Source: Treponema sp. (lineage in GTDB: Bacteria > Spirochaetota > Spirochaetia > Treponematales > Breznakiellaceae). Taken from it: a stretch of 64,000 bases of DNA. The position numbers and the translations under genes are program-made. Below the pieces are notes generated by a model that was not told where the DNA came from, did not search any database, and worked only from the letters and a program-made list of their open reading frames with translations. The stretch is from the NCBI GenBank assembly GCA_009780855.1, contig WQZG01000009.1:4270-68269 (forward strand). The letters are read 5' to 3'. Of this stretch, positions 45,174 through 54,462 are shown in pieces (position 1 is the stretch's first letter; each line of letters starts with the position of its first letter).

Positions 45174-46049
45174 ATGATCGGCAAACAAAAATCATACAAT
45201 GACTTATTTTTTGATTTGTTTGTTTTTATCTTTGGCATTGTTATTTTAATAATAACGGCTTATCCTCTGTACTTTATTATAATTGCTTCCTTTAGTGATT
45301 CCATAGCGGTTAATTCCGGTAAAGTCTGGTTATTGCCTTCAAATATTACCTTTGAAGGTTATATAAAAGTCTTTCAGGATGAGCGAATCTGGAGAGGTTA
45401 TCGGAATACAATTTTGTATACAATATCGGGTACTTTTATCAGTCTTTTGTTCACTCTGCCTGCTGCATATTCACTTTCGCGCAAAGATCTGCCGGGCAGA
45501 AAAATTATCATGATGTATTTTATTTTCACAATGTTTTTTTCCGGCGGATTAATTCCGACGTACCTGACAGTCAGACAATTTGGGCTGGCCAACACATTTT
45601 GGGTTCTCATTATACCTTTCTCGGTGAGTGCCTATAACCTGATAATTGCCAGAACATTCTTCTCATCTACAATACCTGTGGAACTTTTTGAAGCCGCTAC
45701 CATTGATGGATGCGGTAATACCAGATTTTTTGTATTAATAGTACTTCCTTTATCAAAAGCCATCATTGCAGTTATTGGTTTATATTATGCGGTTGGTCAG
45801 TGGAATCAATTTTTTCTTTCCCTGATTTATGTCCGTAAGGAATCATTGGTTCCTCTCCAAATGGTATTGAGAAATTTACTTTTACAAAACCAATTGATAT
45901 CCGGAGTATATAACGAAGAAGACCAAAGAATCGGCGAAATAATGCGCTATAGTTTTATCATTGTTTCTACAGTACCAATTATGTTTTTTTATCCGCTTAT
46001 TCAAAAATATTTTACCAAAGGAGTAATGATTGGTTCCATCAAGGGCTGA
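45174..46049 (+). CDS. Carbohydrate ABC transporter permease (LplC-like)
   Basis: EAA loop 'EAATIDGCGNTRFFVLIVLP'. ATG at 45174 with an AAGAGG RBS. Confidence 0.9.
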   Translation: MIGKQKSYNDLFFDLFVFIFGIVILIITAYPLYFIIIASFSDSIAVNSGKVWLLPSNITFEGYIKVFQDERIWRGYRNTILYTISGTFISLLFTLPAAYSLSRKDLPGRKIIMMYFIFTMFFSGGLIPTYLTVRQFGLANTFWVLIIPFSVSAYNLIIARTFFSSTIPVELFEAATIDGCGNTRFFVLIVLPLSKAIIAVIGLYYAVGQWNQFFLSLIYVRKESLVPLQMVLRNLLLQNQLISGVYNEEDQRIGEIMRYSFIIVSTVPIMFFYPLIQKYFTKGVMIGSIKG

Positions 46050-46094
46050 TATTACTGCCTATTGGTAATATATAAATTTTTTCAGGAGGATTTT

Positions 46095-47672
46095 ATGAAG
46101 AATTTTATCATTTTTTTCTTTGTTTTGTCGTTATTGATACCTGCTGCTGTATTTTCAGGCGGCAGCAGTGCCGGCCGGGGTGCTGAAACGAACAGCGTTG
46201 CTTTTAATAAAGAAGGATATCCCATTGTAACAGCGCCATATACTTTAAAAGCAGTAACTGTTAAGCAGCAATTCACCAGGCTTTATGATCAATTACCTGC
46301 ATTCCAAAGATTAGAAGCCAAAACAGGAGTTCACATTGATTGGGATTATATTGGCGCCGATTGGGCAACTCAAAAACCTCTTGTACTTGCTTCCGGTGAT
46401 TTACCTGATATTTTTTACGGACGAACTGTTTTAACAGAAGATGATGTGATTTCAAACCGGGAATTATTTTATAACCTTACTCCGCTAATCGATCAATATG
46501 GCAATAATTTAAAAAACATATTTCAGGAAAATCCGATTATGCTTAATTTGGCAAAAGCTTATGATGGCAATATTTGGGGGCTCCCTCACAGACAATTTTA
46601 CAGACCCCAAAATTATGCCCTTTGGATGATTAATCAAAATTGGCTGGATAAACTTGGTTTAAGTATGCCGACAACAACCGATGAATTAATAACTGTATTA
46701 AGGGCTTTTAAAAATGGCGATCCCAACGGTAACGGAAAAGCTGATGAAATACCATGGTCATGGACATGGGTTTCCGGAATTGCCGGTCCAATGGATATAT
46801 TCGGAGCATTCGGCGTCGTTATAGACAGCTCCAATTCAGGATTCCTCTCCGTTACCAATGGAAAAGTACAATATGTTTTTGCACAGGATGGTTTTCAGGA
46901 TGGCGTTGCTTACCTGCATCAATTATATGCTGAAGGATTAATTGATCAGGAAGTTTTTACCCATGATAATTCAATGTGGAGGGCAAAAGTTCTGCAAAAT
47001 GATCCTGAAATTGTAGGTATGTTCGGGCAATGGGGAAGATCCAGTTTTATTGGAGCGGATCGTGCCGCGTATTATCCAATGGTAATGCCCTTAAAGGGAC
47101 CAAAAGGATACCAGTTTTGGGATCAAAATCCCGAAGTTACCGAGTATGCCAGATATACTTTTGAAATATCAAAAGCATGTACAAGACCGGAAATCGCAAT
47201 GCGCTGGATTGACACTATTTATGATGACATGACAAGTTTGGAAGTATTTTTGGGCACAGATAATTTAAAAATGCTTGATAATGGCAGAATTGAAGTAATT
47301 GAAAGCGGCAATGATAAATGGATTTATGGATTAAATGATTTATTTGCAGGTTATGCAAGCGATCAATTAAATTCAAAATTAATAATGACAGTTGAAGATG
47401 AAATGATGGCGGACAAAAAACGTTTATCTGCCTATTATCCCAAAGAATACTATCCTTACGGGATGGTTGCCATGACACCGCAGGAAGTGGATGAACTGGC
47501 TTTGCTCCGTACTGACATACAATCATTTGCCATGCAGCAAACAGCCACCTGGATAACCAAGGGTGGTGTAGAAAATGAATACGCAGGCTTTATCAAACAA
47601 TTGGAAAATATGGGCCTTCGCAGAATGGAGCAGATTTATCAGCAAATTTATGATCGATATATTGGAAAATAA
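46095..47672 (+). CDS. ABC transporter extracellular solute-binding protein
   Basis: Signal peptide 'MKNFIIFFFVLSLLIPAAVFSGG' with no lipobox Cys. LplA-like size. ATG at 46095 with an AGGAGGA RBS. Confidence 0.85.
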   Translation: MKNFIIFFFVLSLLIPAAVFSGGSSAGRGAETNSVAFNKEGYPIVTAPYTLKAVTVKQQFTRLYDQLPAFQRLEAKTGVHIDWDYIGADWATQKPLVLASGDLPDIFYGRTVLTEDDVISNRELFYNLTPLIDQYGNNLKNIFQENPIMLNLAKAYDGNIWGLPHRQFYRPQNYALWMINQNWLDKLGLSMPTTTDELITVLRAFKNGDPNGNGKADEIPWSWTWVSGIAGPMDIFGAFGVVIDSSNSGFLSVTNGKVQYVFAQDGFQDGVAYLHQLYAEGLIDQEVFTHDNSMWRAKVLQNDPEIVGMFGQWGRSSFIGADRAAYYPMVMPLKGPKGYQFWDQNPEVTEYARYTFEISKACTRPEIAMRWIDTIYDDMTSLEVFLGTDNLKMLDNGRIEVIESGNDKWIYGLNDLFAGYASDQLNSKLIMTVEDEMMADKKRLSAYYPKEYYPYGMVAMTPQEVDELALLRTDIQSFAMQQTATWITKGGVENEYAGFIKQLENMGLRRMEQIYQQIYDRYIGK

Positions 47673-47726
47673 AAGGTACCAATACCAGGGCAAGCCCTGC
47701 ACCCGGCTAAAGTCCATGCAGCAAAC

Positions 47727-48359
47727 TTATTTTTTCCCAAGCCCCAAAAAATAAGTTTCAAACGATTCTGAACGGCAGGCCTGGGGCTTAAAACTTTTGG
47801 CGGATTTAAAAAGATCACGCATGGATTTTAAAAAATTACCGGTGTCTCCGCCCTGGAAAACTTTTACAGCCATGTTCCCGTTATTGGCCAGAGCCGTATG
47901 AGCGTAACTCAGCGCGGTCTCGGCAAGTTCCAGGGAACGCAGAGTATCAACCGAACGGATGCCGGTTGTGGCCGGAGCGGCGTCGCTGATTATCAGGTTA
48001 AACGGACCGTGCGATTCAATGGTTTCCCTGATTCCGGCAAGGGTAAAATCACCCTGAATAAAAACAAGCTCCGGCCTGTCAAAAAGGCCCCTGTCATACT
48101 GGCGCGAAAGCGGGCACAAGTCGACAGACACAAGTGACAGGCCGGAACTGCCGCAAAATTTACGCAGCAGGTAAAGGCTCCAGCTCCCGGGCGCGGCGCC
48201 CAGTTCGAGTACCTTTATACCCCTGCCTGACCCGGCGCCTGAGTATCTGAGCAGATTAAATTTTTCGTCAATTTCCATGAGTTTATAGACGGAACGGGCC
48301 GGGTAGCCTTCTTTTTGCGCCTTTAGTGACCAGTGGTCGGGTTTGCTGTAATTTGCCAT
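47727..48359 (-). CDS. rlmE: 23S rRNA (uridine-2'-O)-methyltransferase RlmE/FtsJ
   Basis: 'ARSVYKLMEIDEKFNLL', 'VLELGAAPGSWS', 'IISDAAPATTG', 'MAVKVFQG'. Confidence 0.8.
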   Translation of the reverse strand: MANYSKPDHWSLKAQKEGYPARSVYKLMEIDEKFNLLRYSGAGSGRGIKVLELGAAPGSWSLYLLRKFCGSSGLSLVSVDLCPLSRQYDRGLFDRPELVFIQGDFTLAGIRETIESHGPFNLIISDAAPATTGIRSVDTLRSLELAETALSYAHTALANNGNMAVKVFQGGDTGNFLKSMRDLFKSAKSFKPQACRSESFETYFLGLGKK

Positions 48360-48369
48360 AATTAAATAA

Positions 48370-49473
48370 ATGGAAAATCAGTATAAACTCAGACTGGAAA
48401 AAATTGAAGAGGTTCTTGATTCATGGCTGCCTGTGAACCCGGAACATAAGTGGGCAGAAAAAATTTTTGGAACCAGGGCAGACAGAATAGATGCCCGGCT
48501 ATTAAAATCACTTTCCGCACCGGGCAGGGATCTGATTGACCGCGGCGGCAAACGATGGCGGCCACTGCTCATGCTGCTTATTGCCCAGGCCATTGGCGGC
48601 GAGAAGGCAGCAGCAGCGGCTCTTCCGCTTACTGTACTGGTAGAGCTTTGCCACAATGCCAGCCTTATTCATGATGATATAGAAGACAATTCAGATGAAC
48701 GCCGCGGCAAACCCGCGGTTCACCTTGTCTACGGCAGCGATACCGCGATTAACAGCGGCTCATTTCTTTATTTTTTACCCCTGGCCTGCCTGGATTCCGG
48801 ACTGCAGAATTTTTCGGCAGAAACCAAAAATCAAATTTTAAAAACCTGGGGTATATATATGAGACGGCTGCATCTGGGGCAGGCAATGGACATTAGCTGG
48901 CACCGGGATTTTTATTCCCTTCCCCAAATCTCGGAATACGAAAAAATGTGCCGGTTAAAAACAGGATGTCTTGCAGGGATGGCCGCGGCTTTGGCAGTAG
49001 TCTGCGCAGGTGACTGCCTCAAAGCGAATGGCTGCGCAGCGGCGGCAACACCGGAGGCAATTTCAGATGAATTGTCCGCAAAACTAACAGATGCGGCGGA
49101 GAAACTGGGAGTGGGTTTTCAGATTCTCGATGATGTAAAAAATCTAAGGACCGGAAATCCCGGGAAAAAACGGGGCGATGATATTGTTGAAGGCAAAAAA
49201 AGTCTGCCCGTTCTTTTGTACCTTCATAAATATCCGGAGAAACGCGAATTCACCGCCGCCTGTTTCAGGGCAGCAAGTTCAAAAGGCATTGCCGCCCCGG
49301 AACTTGAGGAAATAATTTTGGCCATGCAGAACGCCGGCGTACTGGATGAGGCGCAAAGGAGGGGAGCGGAGCTTATCGGCGGGAGCCGTCAGACTTTTAT
49401 CCAAACTGATTTTTTTGACGCACAGGCTAAAGCCCTTCTTGGGGGGCTGATAGATTTTATATCTGATATATAG
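48370..49473 (+). CDS. Polyprenyl diphosphate synthase family protein
   Basis: First Asp-rich motif 'LIHDDIEDNSDERRGKP'. Second motif 'GFQILDDVKN' (DDxxN rather than DDxxD). Confidence 0.8.
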   Translation: MENQYKLRLEKIEEVLDSWLPVNPEHKWAEKIFGTRADRIDARLLKSLSAPGRDLIDRGGKRWRPLLMLLIAQAIGGEKAAAAALPLTVLVELCHNASLIHDDIEDNSDERRGKPAVHLVYGSDTAINSGSFLYFLPLACLDSGLQNFSAETKNQILKTWGIYMRRLHLGQAMDISWHRDFYSLPQISEYEKMCRLKTGCLAGMAAALAVVCAGDCLKANGCAAAATPEAISDELSAKLTDAAEKLGVGFQILDDVKNLRTGNPGKKRGDDIVEGKKSLPVLLYLHKYPEKREFTAACFRAASSKGIAAPELEEIILAMQNAGVLDEAQRRGAELIGGSRQTFIQTDFFDAQAKALLGGLIDFISDI

Positions 49474-49505
49474 ATTTTTTTTCTGATGTATAAATTTCAT
49501 TTCTG

Positions 49506-50498
49506 ATGTATAATGGGTGCAAGGTGATTAATACGGACAAGCTCCCGCAGAGGGAACAGTTTTTTTTACAGTTGCTGATGCTGGCCGCAATGGCATTTAC
49601 ACTGATCAACCCGGTATTTACAGCAAGGGAAACAGGATCGCGGCAGGCAGCGGCCGAAAGCGATATGGGCGTGGGCGGCGGCATGGTTACAGGCCAGGTT
49701 GTTCCGGCAGGGACTGTTGGGGAGGCCCTTGAAATATTGGGAGATCCCGAGCCAATTGAATTATCCAGGCCCAAGATCCTTGTTTATGATTCATATAAAG
49801 TTGTAAAGGGCGATACCATAAGCCAGATTGCGGTAAGTACTGGTCTTAACGAAGACACCCTGCTGTCGGTCAATCAAATAAAAAATTCCAGGCTTCTCCA
49901 AATTGGGCAGATTTTAAAAATCCCCAACCAGGACGGCATTTATTATACAACGGCAGGCAAGGATACCCTGGCTTCTGTTGCCGAAACATATCAGACAGAT
50001 CCGGAAACGATAAAAACGGCAAACGAGTTGTTTACTGATACAATTACCAAAAATATCAGCCTGTTTATTCCCGGAGCCAGGATGGACTGGGTAAACCGCC
50101 AGGAAATTAACGGCGACCTTTTTATATGGCCGGTTAACGGTTATATAACTTCGCTTTACGGCTACAGGGATGATCCCTTCGGAAGGGGCTGGCAGTTCCA
50201 TAACGGTCTAGACATAGGAGTTCCGGCAGGGACAACAATAAAAGCGGCCATGGCCGGACGCGTAGCTTTTGCCGGGTATGACGATTCGTACGGCAATTAT
50301 ATAATAATTTCACATCATTCAGGTTACCGTACATTGTACGCACACTTAAGCGTAATTTCCGTAAAGTCCGGCGCCTATGTAGCGGCAGGCGAAAAAATCG
50401 GACTTGTGGGTACTACAGGATTAAGCACAGGGCCGCATCTGCATTTTACTGTATTTAAAGACGGAGTGACGGTCAACCCAAGAGCGCTGATGAAATAA
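49506..50498 (+). CDS. LysM-domain M23 family metallopeptidase
   Basis: Two LysM-like segments ('YKVVKGDTISQIA...', 'YYTTAGKDTLASVA...'). M23 motifs 'HNGLDIGVPAGT' and 'GLSTGPHLHF'. Confidence 0.85.
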   Translation: MYNGCKVINTDKLPQREQFFLQLLMLAAMAFTLINPVFTARETGSRQAAAESDMGVGGGMVTGQVVPAGTVGEALEILGDPEPIELSRPKILVYDSYKVVKGDTISQIAVSTGLNEDTLLSVNQIKNSRLLQIGQILKIPNQDGIYYTTAGKDTLASVAETYQTDPETIKTANELFTDTITKNISLFIPGARMDWVNRQEINGDLFIWPVNGYITSLYGYRDDPFGRGWQFHNGLDIGVPAGTTIKAAMAGRVAFAGYDDSYGNYIIISHHSGYRTLYAHLSVISVKSGAYVAAGEKIGLVGTTGLSTGPHLHFTVFKDGVTVNPRALMK

Positions 50499-50528
50499 GG
50501 GTATTAAAACGGCAGTTTATTTAAAGTT

Positions 50529-53060
50529 TCAATCAAGAATGGAATCAACAAGTTTTTTAAAATCCTGATTCAAATCAGCGGATTCGCTGTCAACTGTAAC
50601 CTTGTTAATATACGGCACGCCGTCTTTCTCGTTAATTACATTTTCCTCGGTATTTTCCTGAGCCTGCAATTCTTCCAGTACTTCATCATCCTGGGCCTGC
50701 AGTATTTGCGGATTTAAATCCACAGCCTGGAAAGGCCTGTAAATAATTGCAGGCCCGGTTTTTATTGGCAGCGCTTCAAGACCGGAATAGTCTGCGGCAT
50801 CGGAATCTGCCGGATCAGTCAGGTTTTTTTTTTCCTCTTCCTCGGCCGGAGCCAGCTCAGGCAAATCCTCATTTGGTTCATTGACAGGTTTTATTTCAGG
50901 AGATCCGGAATCAGTCCATTCAGGTTCATGGATCTCGTTAAACATGGTTTTAAAGGGAGAGGCAATTTCAAAATCTCCGGAAAAAATCACATCCGCGTCT
51001 TCATCGTCAGCGGGGATTACATCGCTGTATTCAATTTGCCTGGCAAGCTCATCAAGATTAACTTCAGACTGGGCAGCGGGCATTGCACCGGTTTCATCGG
51101 GGGAAAGTTCTTCAAGTTCACCGGCAACTTCGCCGGATTCCAGTTCAATTGATTCGGTTTCCGCTGAATCAAGTTCTTCCAGTTCTCCAACCTCTTCGGC
51201 CAGATCAAGTTCTTCAAGGTCTTCGAATTCCCCTATTTCTTCCAGCAGTTCCGGCTCAGCCGTCTGTTCCGCGGCAGTTTGCGATCCGGCAAGTTCGCTA
51301 AATCCAGAATCTGCGGATACCTGTATTTCTGCGGCCGCCTCAGCAGGTTCAAGCTCCGCTGGTTCCGCATCAACCAGCTCAAGCTCCGCTGGCTCAAGCT
51401 CCGCCGGTTCAAGTTCCTCAACCGTATCAACCGCTTCTGCCAGCTCTGCGTCAGCAGGTTCAAGCTCTGCTGGTTCCAGGTCGGCTGGTTCAAGCTCTGC
51501 AGGTTCCGAGTCAACCGGCTCAAGTTCTGCTGGTTCAAGCTCCGCTGGTTCCAGGTCGGCCGGTTCAAGTTCTTCAACCGCATCAACCGCTTCTGTCAGC
51601 TCAGCGTCAGCAGGTTCAAGCTCCGCAGGTTCCAGGTCGGCTGGCTCAAGTTCTGCTGGTTCAAGCTCCGCTGGTTCCAGGTCGGCCGGTTCCGGGTTAG
51701 CGGGTCCTGATTTTTCCGGCAGGACAACAGGCCGGACTGCTGCGGTATTCACCGGGGCTTTATTGACCGGGGCAGTAAGCTGTTCAGCGGAAACAGGGGC
51801 CGCCAGGATACGGTTCACAATGGCCTGCAGTTTTTCTTCGTCAATGCCGGAGTCGCGCCGGCCGCCGATTACGGCCAGCAGTTCATCCCAGGATTTATCT
51901 ATAAGCTGATCGATATCATTGCCGCCGTCTTTGGTTTTTCTGTTGTCCCTGATTCCTTTTTTTAGCTCGGCCCGGATTTCGTCGCGCCGCTGTTCAAGTT
52001 CCCTGCTCCACCGGCCCCAGTCCATAACGGATTTGCGTTCGTAATATTGCTCAATAAGGGAAATCTGTAACTGCCTTAGCCGGTTCTGGACGACGGTAAC
52101 GGAATCCTGGCGCAGATTCAGCAATAAAAAAATAATCAGATAGATGGTCAGGAAAAAAGAAATTAACAGGATGATCTTCATCGGCATGGGGAAGGAAAAA
52201 ACATTTTCGTTTACAAGCCGGCCTACAAATATTCCCTGCGGAGTCTGGGCAGAGAGCAGAACAAGCGAGTTTAATGTCCCCGATGAATCTGCGGAATCTA
52301 TGGCCGCAAGACTCAGAATCCCGCTGTTCCAGACAGAAGCTACCTGCGGAAAAAATGATTTCCCGGCCGAAACCGGCCTTCCTATAAGAACGCCGCGGGG
52401 ATCGGCCAGCACCGTAACATCATCCCCGGCCTTGATCAATCCTTCGTTAATTAACTGCTCGGAAAGTCCCCTGATCGAAATGGAAAAAAGCGCGGTGCCG
52501 CGGAATACTTCGTAATAATCATAAAAGGGAAGAGAAACAAGAACCCTTTCGCCGTCCTCATCAAAAATAATTTTCCCGTTTTCGCCGTCATGCGAGGCGA
52601 TAGATTCGTACGGAAGAGAACCTGTTAACCCGGGATAATTGCGGTACGCGGTAAAATTCCTGTCCTGGCTAAGAATGTCAGACGGATAAGTTGAATAGTT
52701 AAGCCTGATTCCGCCCGAATCAATAAACCTGGCCCATTGAAATCCCCCCAAAGATTCCTGGAGGGTCCCAAAAATCCTGGAACGTTCAAAAATATCTTCG
52801 GCGGTTTGGTTGGAAAGAAAACTCCGCCTTACAGACGGCTCCGACAGGGCCGCGGAAAATTTTGCCTGCCAGGAATTCAGAATGCTGTCTATGGCAACAG
52901 CATTACGGTTAAGTTCCCTGTTAAGGGAAGATGTAATGGAAGGATTATAAAAGGAAGTTTCGATTAAGTTAAACAGACCGGTAAAAGCCAAAACCGTGAA
53001 CACGGCAAAAAGCAAAACCGAGACTAGGAGACTTAAAGCTGCTTTCTGCGATACTGTCAC
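50529..53060 (-). CDS. Membrane protein with an extracytoplasmic domain and a long acidic (E-P-A-E/D-L)n repeat region
   Basis: N-terminal TM 'ALSLLVSVLLFAVFTVLAF', second TM 'IILLISFFLTIYLIIFLLL', then about 200 aa of PAELE/PADLE repeats and an acidic tail. No family recognised. Confidence 0.6.
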   Translation of the reverse strand: MTVSQKAALSLLVSVLLFAVFTVLAFTGLFNLIETSFYNPSITSSLNRELNRNAVAIDSILNSWQAKFSAALSEPSVRRSFLSNQTAEDIFERSRIFGTLQESLGGFQWARFIDSGGIRLNYSTYPSDILSQDRNFTAYRNYPGLTGSLPYESIASHDGENGKIIFDEDGERVLVSLPFYDYYEVFRGTALFSISIRGLSEQLINEGLIKAGDDVTVLADPRGVLIGRPVSAGKSFFPQVASVWNSGILSLAAIDSADSSGTLNSLVLLSAQTPQGIFVGRLVNENVFSFPMPMKIILLISFFLTIYLIIFLLLNLRQDSVTVVQNRLRQLQISLIEQYYERKSVMDWGRWSRELEQRRDEIRAELKKGIRDNRKTKDGGNDIDQLIDKSWDELLAVIGGRRDSGIDEEKLQAIVNRILAAPVSAEQLTAPVNKAPVNTAAVRPVVLPEKSGPANPEPADLEPAELEPAELEPADLEPAELEPADAELTEAVDAVEELEPADLEPAELEPAELEPVDSEPAELEPADLEPAELEPADAELAEAVDTVEELEPAELEPAELELVDAEPAELEPAEAAAEIQVSADSGFSELAGSQTAAEQTAEPELLEEIGEFEDLEELDLAEEVGELEELDSAETESIELESGEVAGELEELSPDETGAMPAAQSEVNLDELARQIEYSDVIPADDEDADVIFSGDFEIASPFKTMFNEIHEPEWTDSGSPEIKPVNEPNEDLPELAPAEEEEKKNLTDPADSDAADYSGLEALPIKTGPAIIYRPFQAVDLNPQILQAQDDEVLEELQAQENTEENVINEKDGVPYINKVTVDSESADLNQDFKKLVDSILD
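51335..51700. repeat. Coding tandem repeat: 15-bp units nested in a 156-bp higher-order duplication
   Basis: Units such as GGTTCAAGCTCCGCT / GGTTCCAGGTCGGCT. The block starting 'GGTTCAAGTTCCTCAACCGTATCAACCGCTTCTGCC' at 51406 recurs at 51562. Confidence 0.85.
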
Positions 53061-53183
53061 ACTTATATATCCTGTTATTTGAAAGTTATACTTATCTTCT
53101 TATAGTATCGGTTTATCATATACATTTATATAGAAATATATCTCAATATACAAGATTTTCAAAATTTATGTTATAAGTAAATA

Positions 53184-54455
53184 ATGAAATCACCTGTTGA
53201 GACTGAAATAAAACCGCCGAACGTTTATCTGGTAGGAATCAGGGACGCAAAAACCGCAAAAGAAGAAAGCGAATCCCTGATCCGCGAGCTTGCCAGCCTT
53301 GCCGATACCCTGGGCCTGCCGATAATTGGCCGGGAAATCGTCAATTTAAGGGAAAATAACGTACAGTACGGAATGGGAACAGGAAAAGCCGCCGAAGTTA
53401 GTGAAAAAGCGGCCTCATTGGGCGCGGAATGCCTGCTTTTTGACAGGGATATAAGCCCTTCGCAGCAAAGAAACTGGGAAAAACTGTCAAACCTTTCTGT
53501 AATGGACAGACAGGAACTGATTATTCAGATTTTCAGCAGCAGGGCCCATACAAGAGAAGCCGCACTGCAGACGGAACTGGCCGAACTCAAGTATTCCCTG
53601 CCCCGGCTTCAGCATAAATACATAGACTTAAACCGCCAGAGGGGCGGCAGATACGGAACCAGGGGTTCAGGGGAAACCAGGCTGGAAACAGACAGGCGCC
53701 AGGTGGAACAGCGTATTAGCCGCCTGGAAAAAGAAATCGAAGAGGTCAGCCAGCAGCGCGAAACCCAGAGAAAAATGCGCCAGCGCAGGCAGGTACCGGC
53801 CGCGGCGATAGTCGGTTATACAAACGCGGGCAAATCCTCGCTGTTTAACCGGTTAACAGGCGCGGAAGTCTTTGCCGAAAATAAATTGTTCGCCACTCTG
53901 GATTCTACTTCCAGACGCATAGAGCTTCCCGGCGGACTCCCTGTACTGCTTATCGACACTGTCGGTTTTATACGAAAGCTGCCGCACAACCTGATCAAGG
54001 CTTTCCATTCCACCCTGGAAGAAGCCTGTATCTCCGATCTCCTTATCCATGTCCTGGACTCAAGCGATCCCGACGCGGAAAAATATTATGAAACAACCAT
54101 GTCGGTAATAAGGGAACTGGGAGCGGACGGGATTCCGGTGATTACCGTTCTTAACAAGACTGACAAACCGGAAGCCGCAGGTTTTATTGAACGGCTGCAA
54201 AGCCTTTATCCGGATTCCATGGCAATATCGGCGGCAACAGGAAAGGGGCTGCAGGAACTGCTTGTCAGGATGGAATCGGTGCTGGCAGGCGGCCGCCATC
54301 TTTATTTATTCCCGGCCGATCGCACCGATCTGGCGGCCATGCTTTACAGGAGCGGCACAGTACTTTCAGAGAAGTACACAGATGACAAGATTGAAATGGA
54401 AGCCCTGGTAGACGAAGCAGTAGCGGGCAGATTAGAAGAATACACCAAAAAATGA
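53184..54455 (+). CDS. hflX: GTPase HflX
   Basis: 'ELAELKYSLPRL', 'RGSGETRLETDRR', G1 'GYTNAGKSSLFN', 'FATLD', 'DTVGF', 'NKTD'. Confidence 0.9.
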   Translation: MKSPVETEIKPPNVYLVGIRDAKTAKEESESLIRELASLADTLGLPIIGREIVNLRENNVQYGMGTGKAAEVSEKAASLGAECLLFDRDISPSQQRNWEKLSNLSVMDRQELIIQIFSSRAHTREAALQTELAELKYSLPRLQHKYIDLNRQRGGRYGTRGSGETRLETDRRQVEQRISRLEKEIEEVSQQRETQRKMRQRRQVPAAAIVGYTNAGKSSLFNRLTGAEVFAENKLFATLDSTSRRIELPGGLPVLLIDTVGFIRKLPHNLIKAFHSTLEEACISDLLIHVLDSSDPDAEKYYETTMSVIRELGADGIPVITVLNKTDKPEAAGFIERLQSLYPDSMAISAATGKGLQELLVRMESVLAGGRHLYLFPADRTDLAAMLYRSGTVLSEKYTDDKIEMEALVDEAVAGRLEEYTKK

Positions 54456-54462
54456 GGAAACA

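Noticed and set aside
51335-51700. Regular short repeats that could superficially resemble a CRISPR array.
   Set aside because: The units are 15 bp with no unique spacers, lie in frame inside a long CDS, and encode a pentapeptide repeat. No cas genes are present.
50881-51909. 342-aa plus-strand ORF rich in Ser/Ala/Gly (SSSAGSSSAG...).
   Set aside because: It is the antisense reading of the EPAEL repeat array of the 843-aa minus-strand gene. It is a low-complexity artefact with no RBS or independent support.
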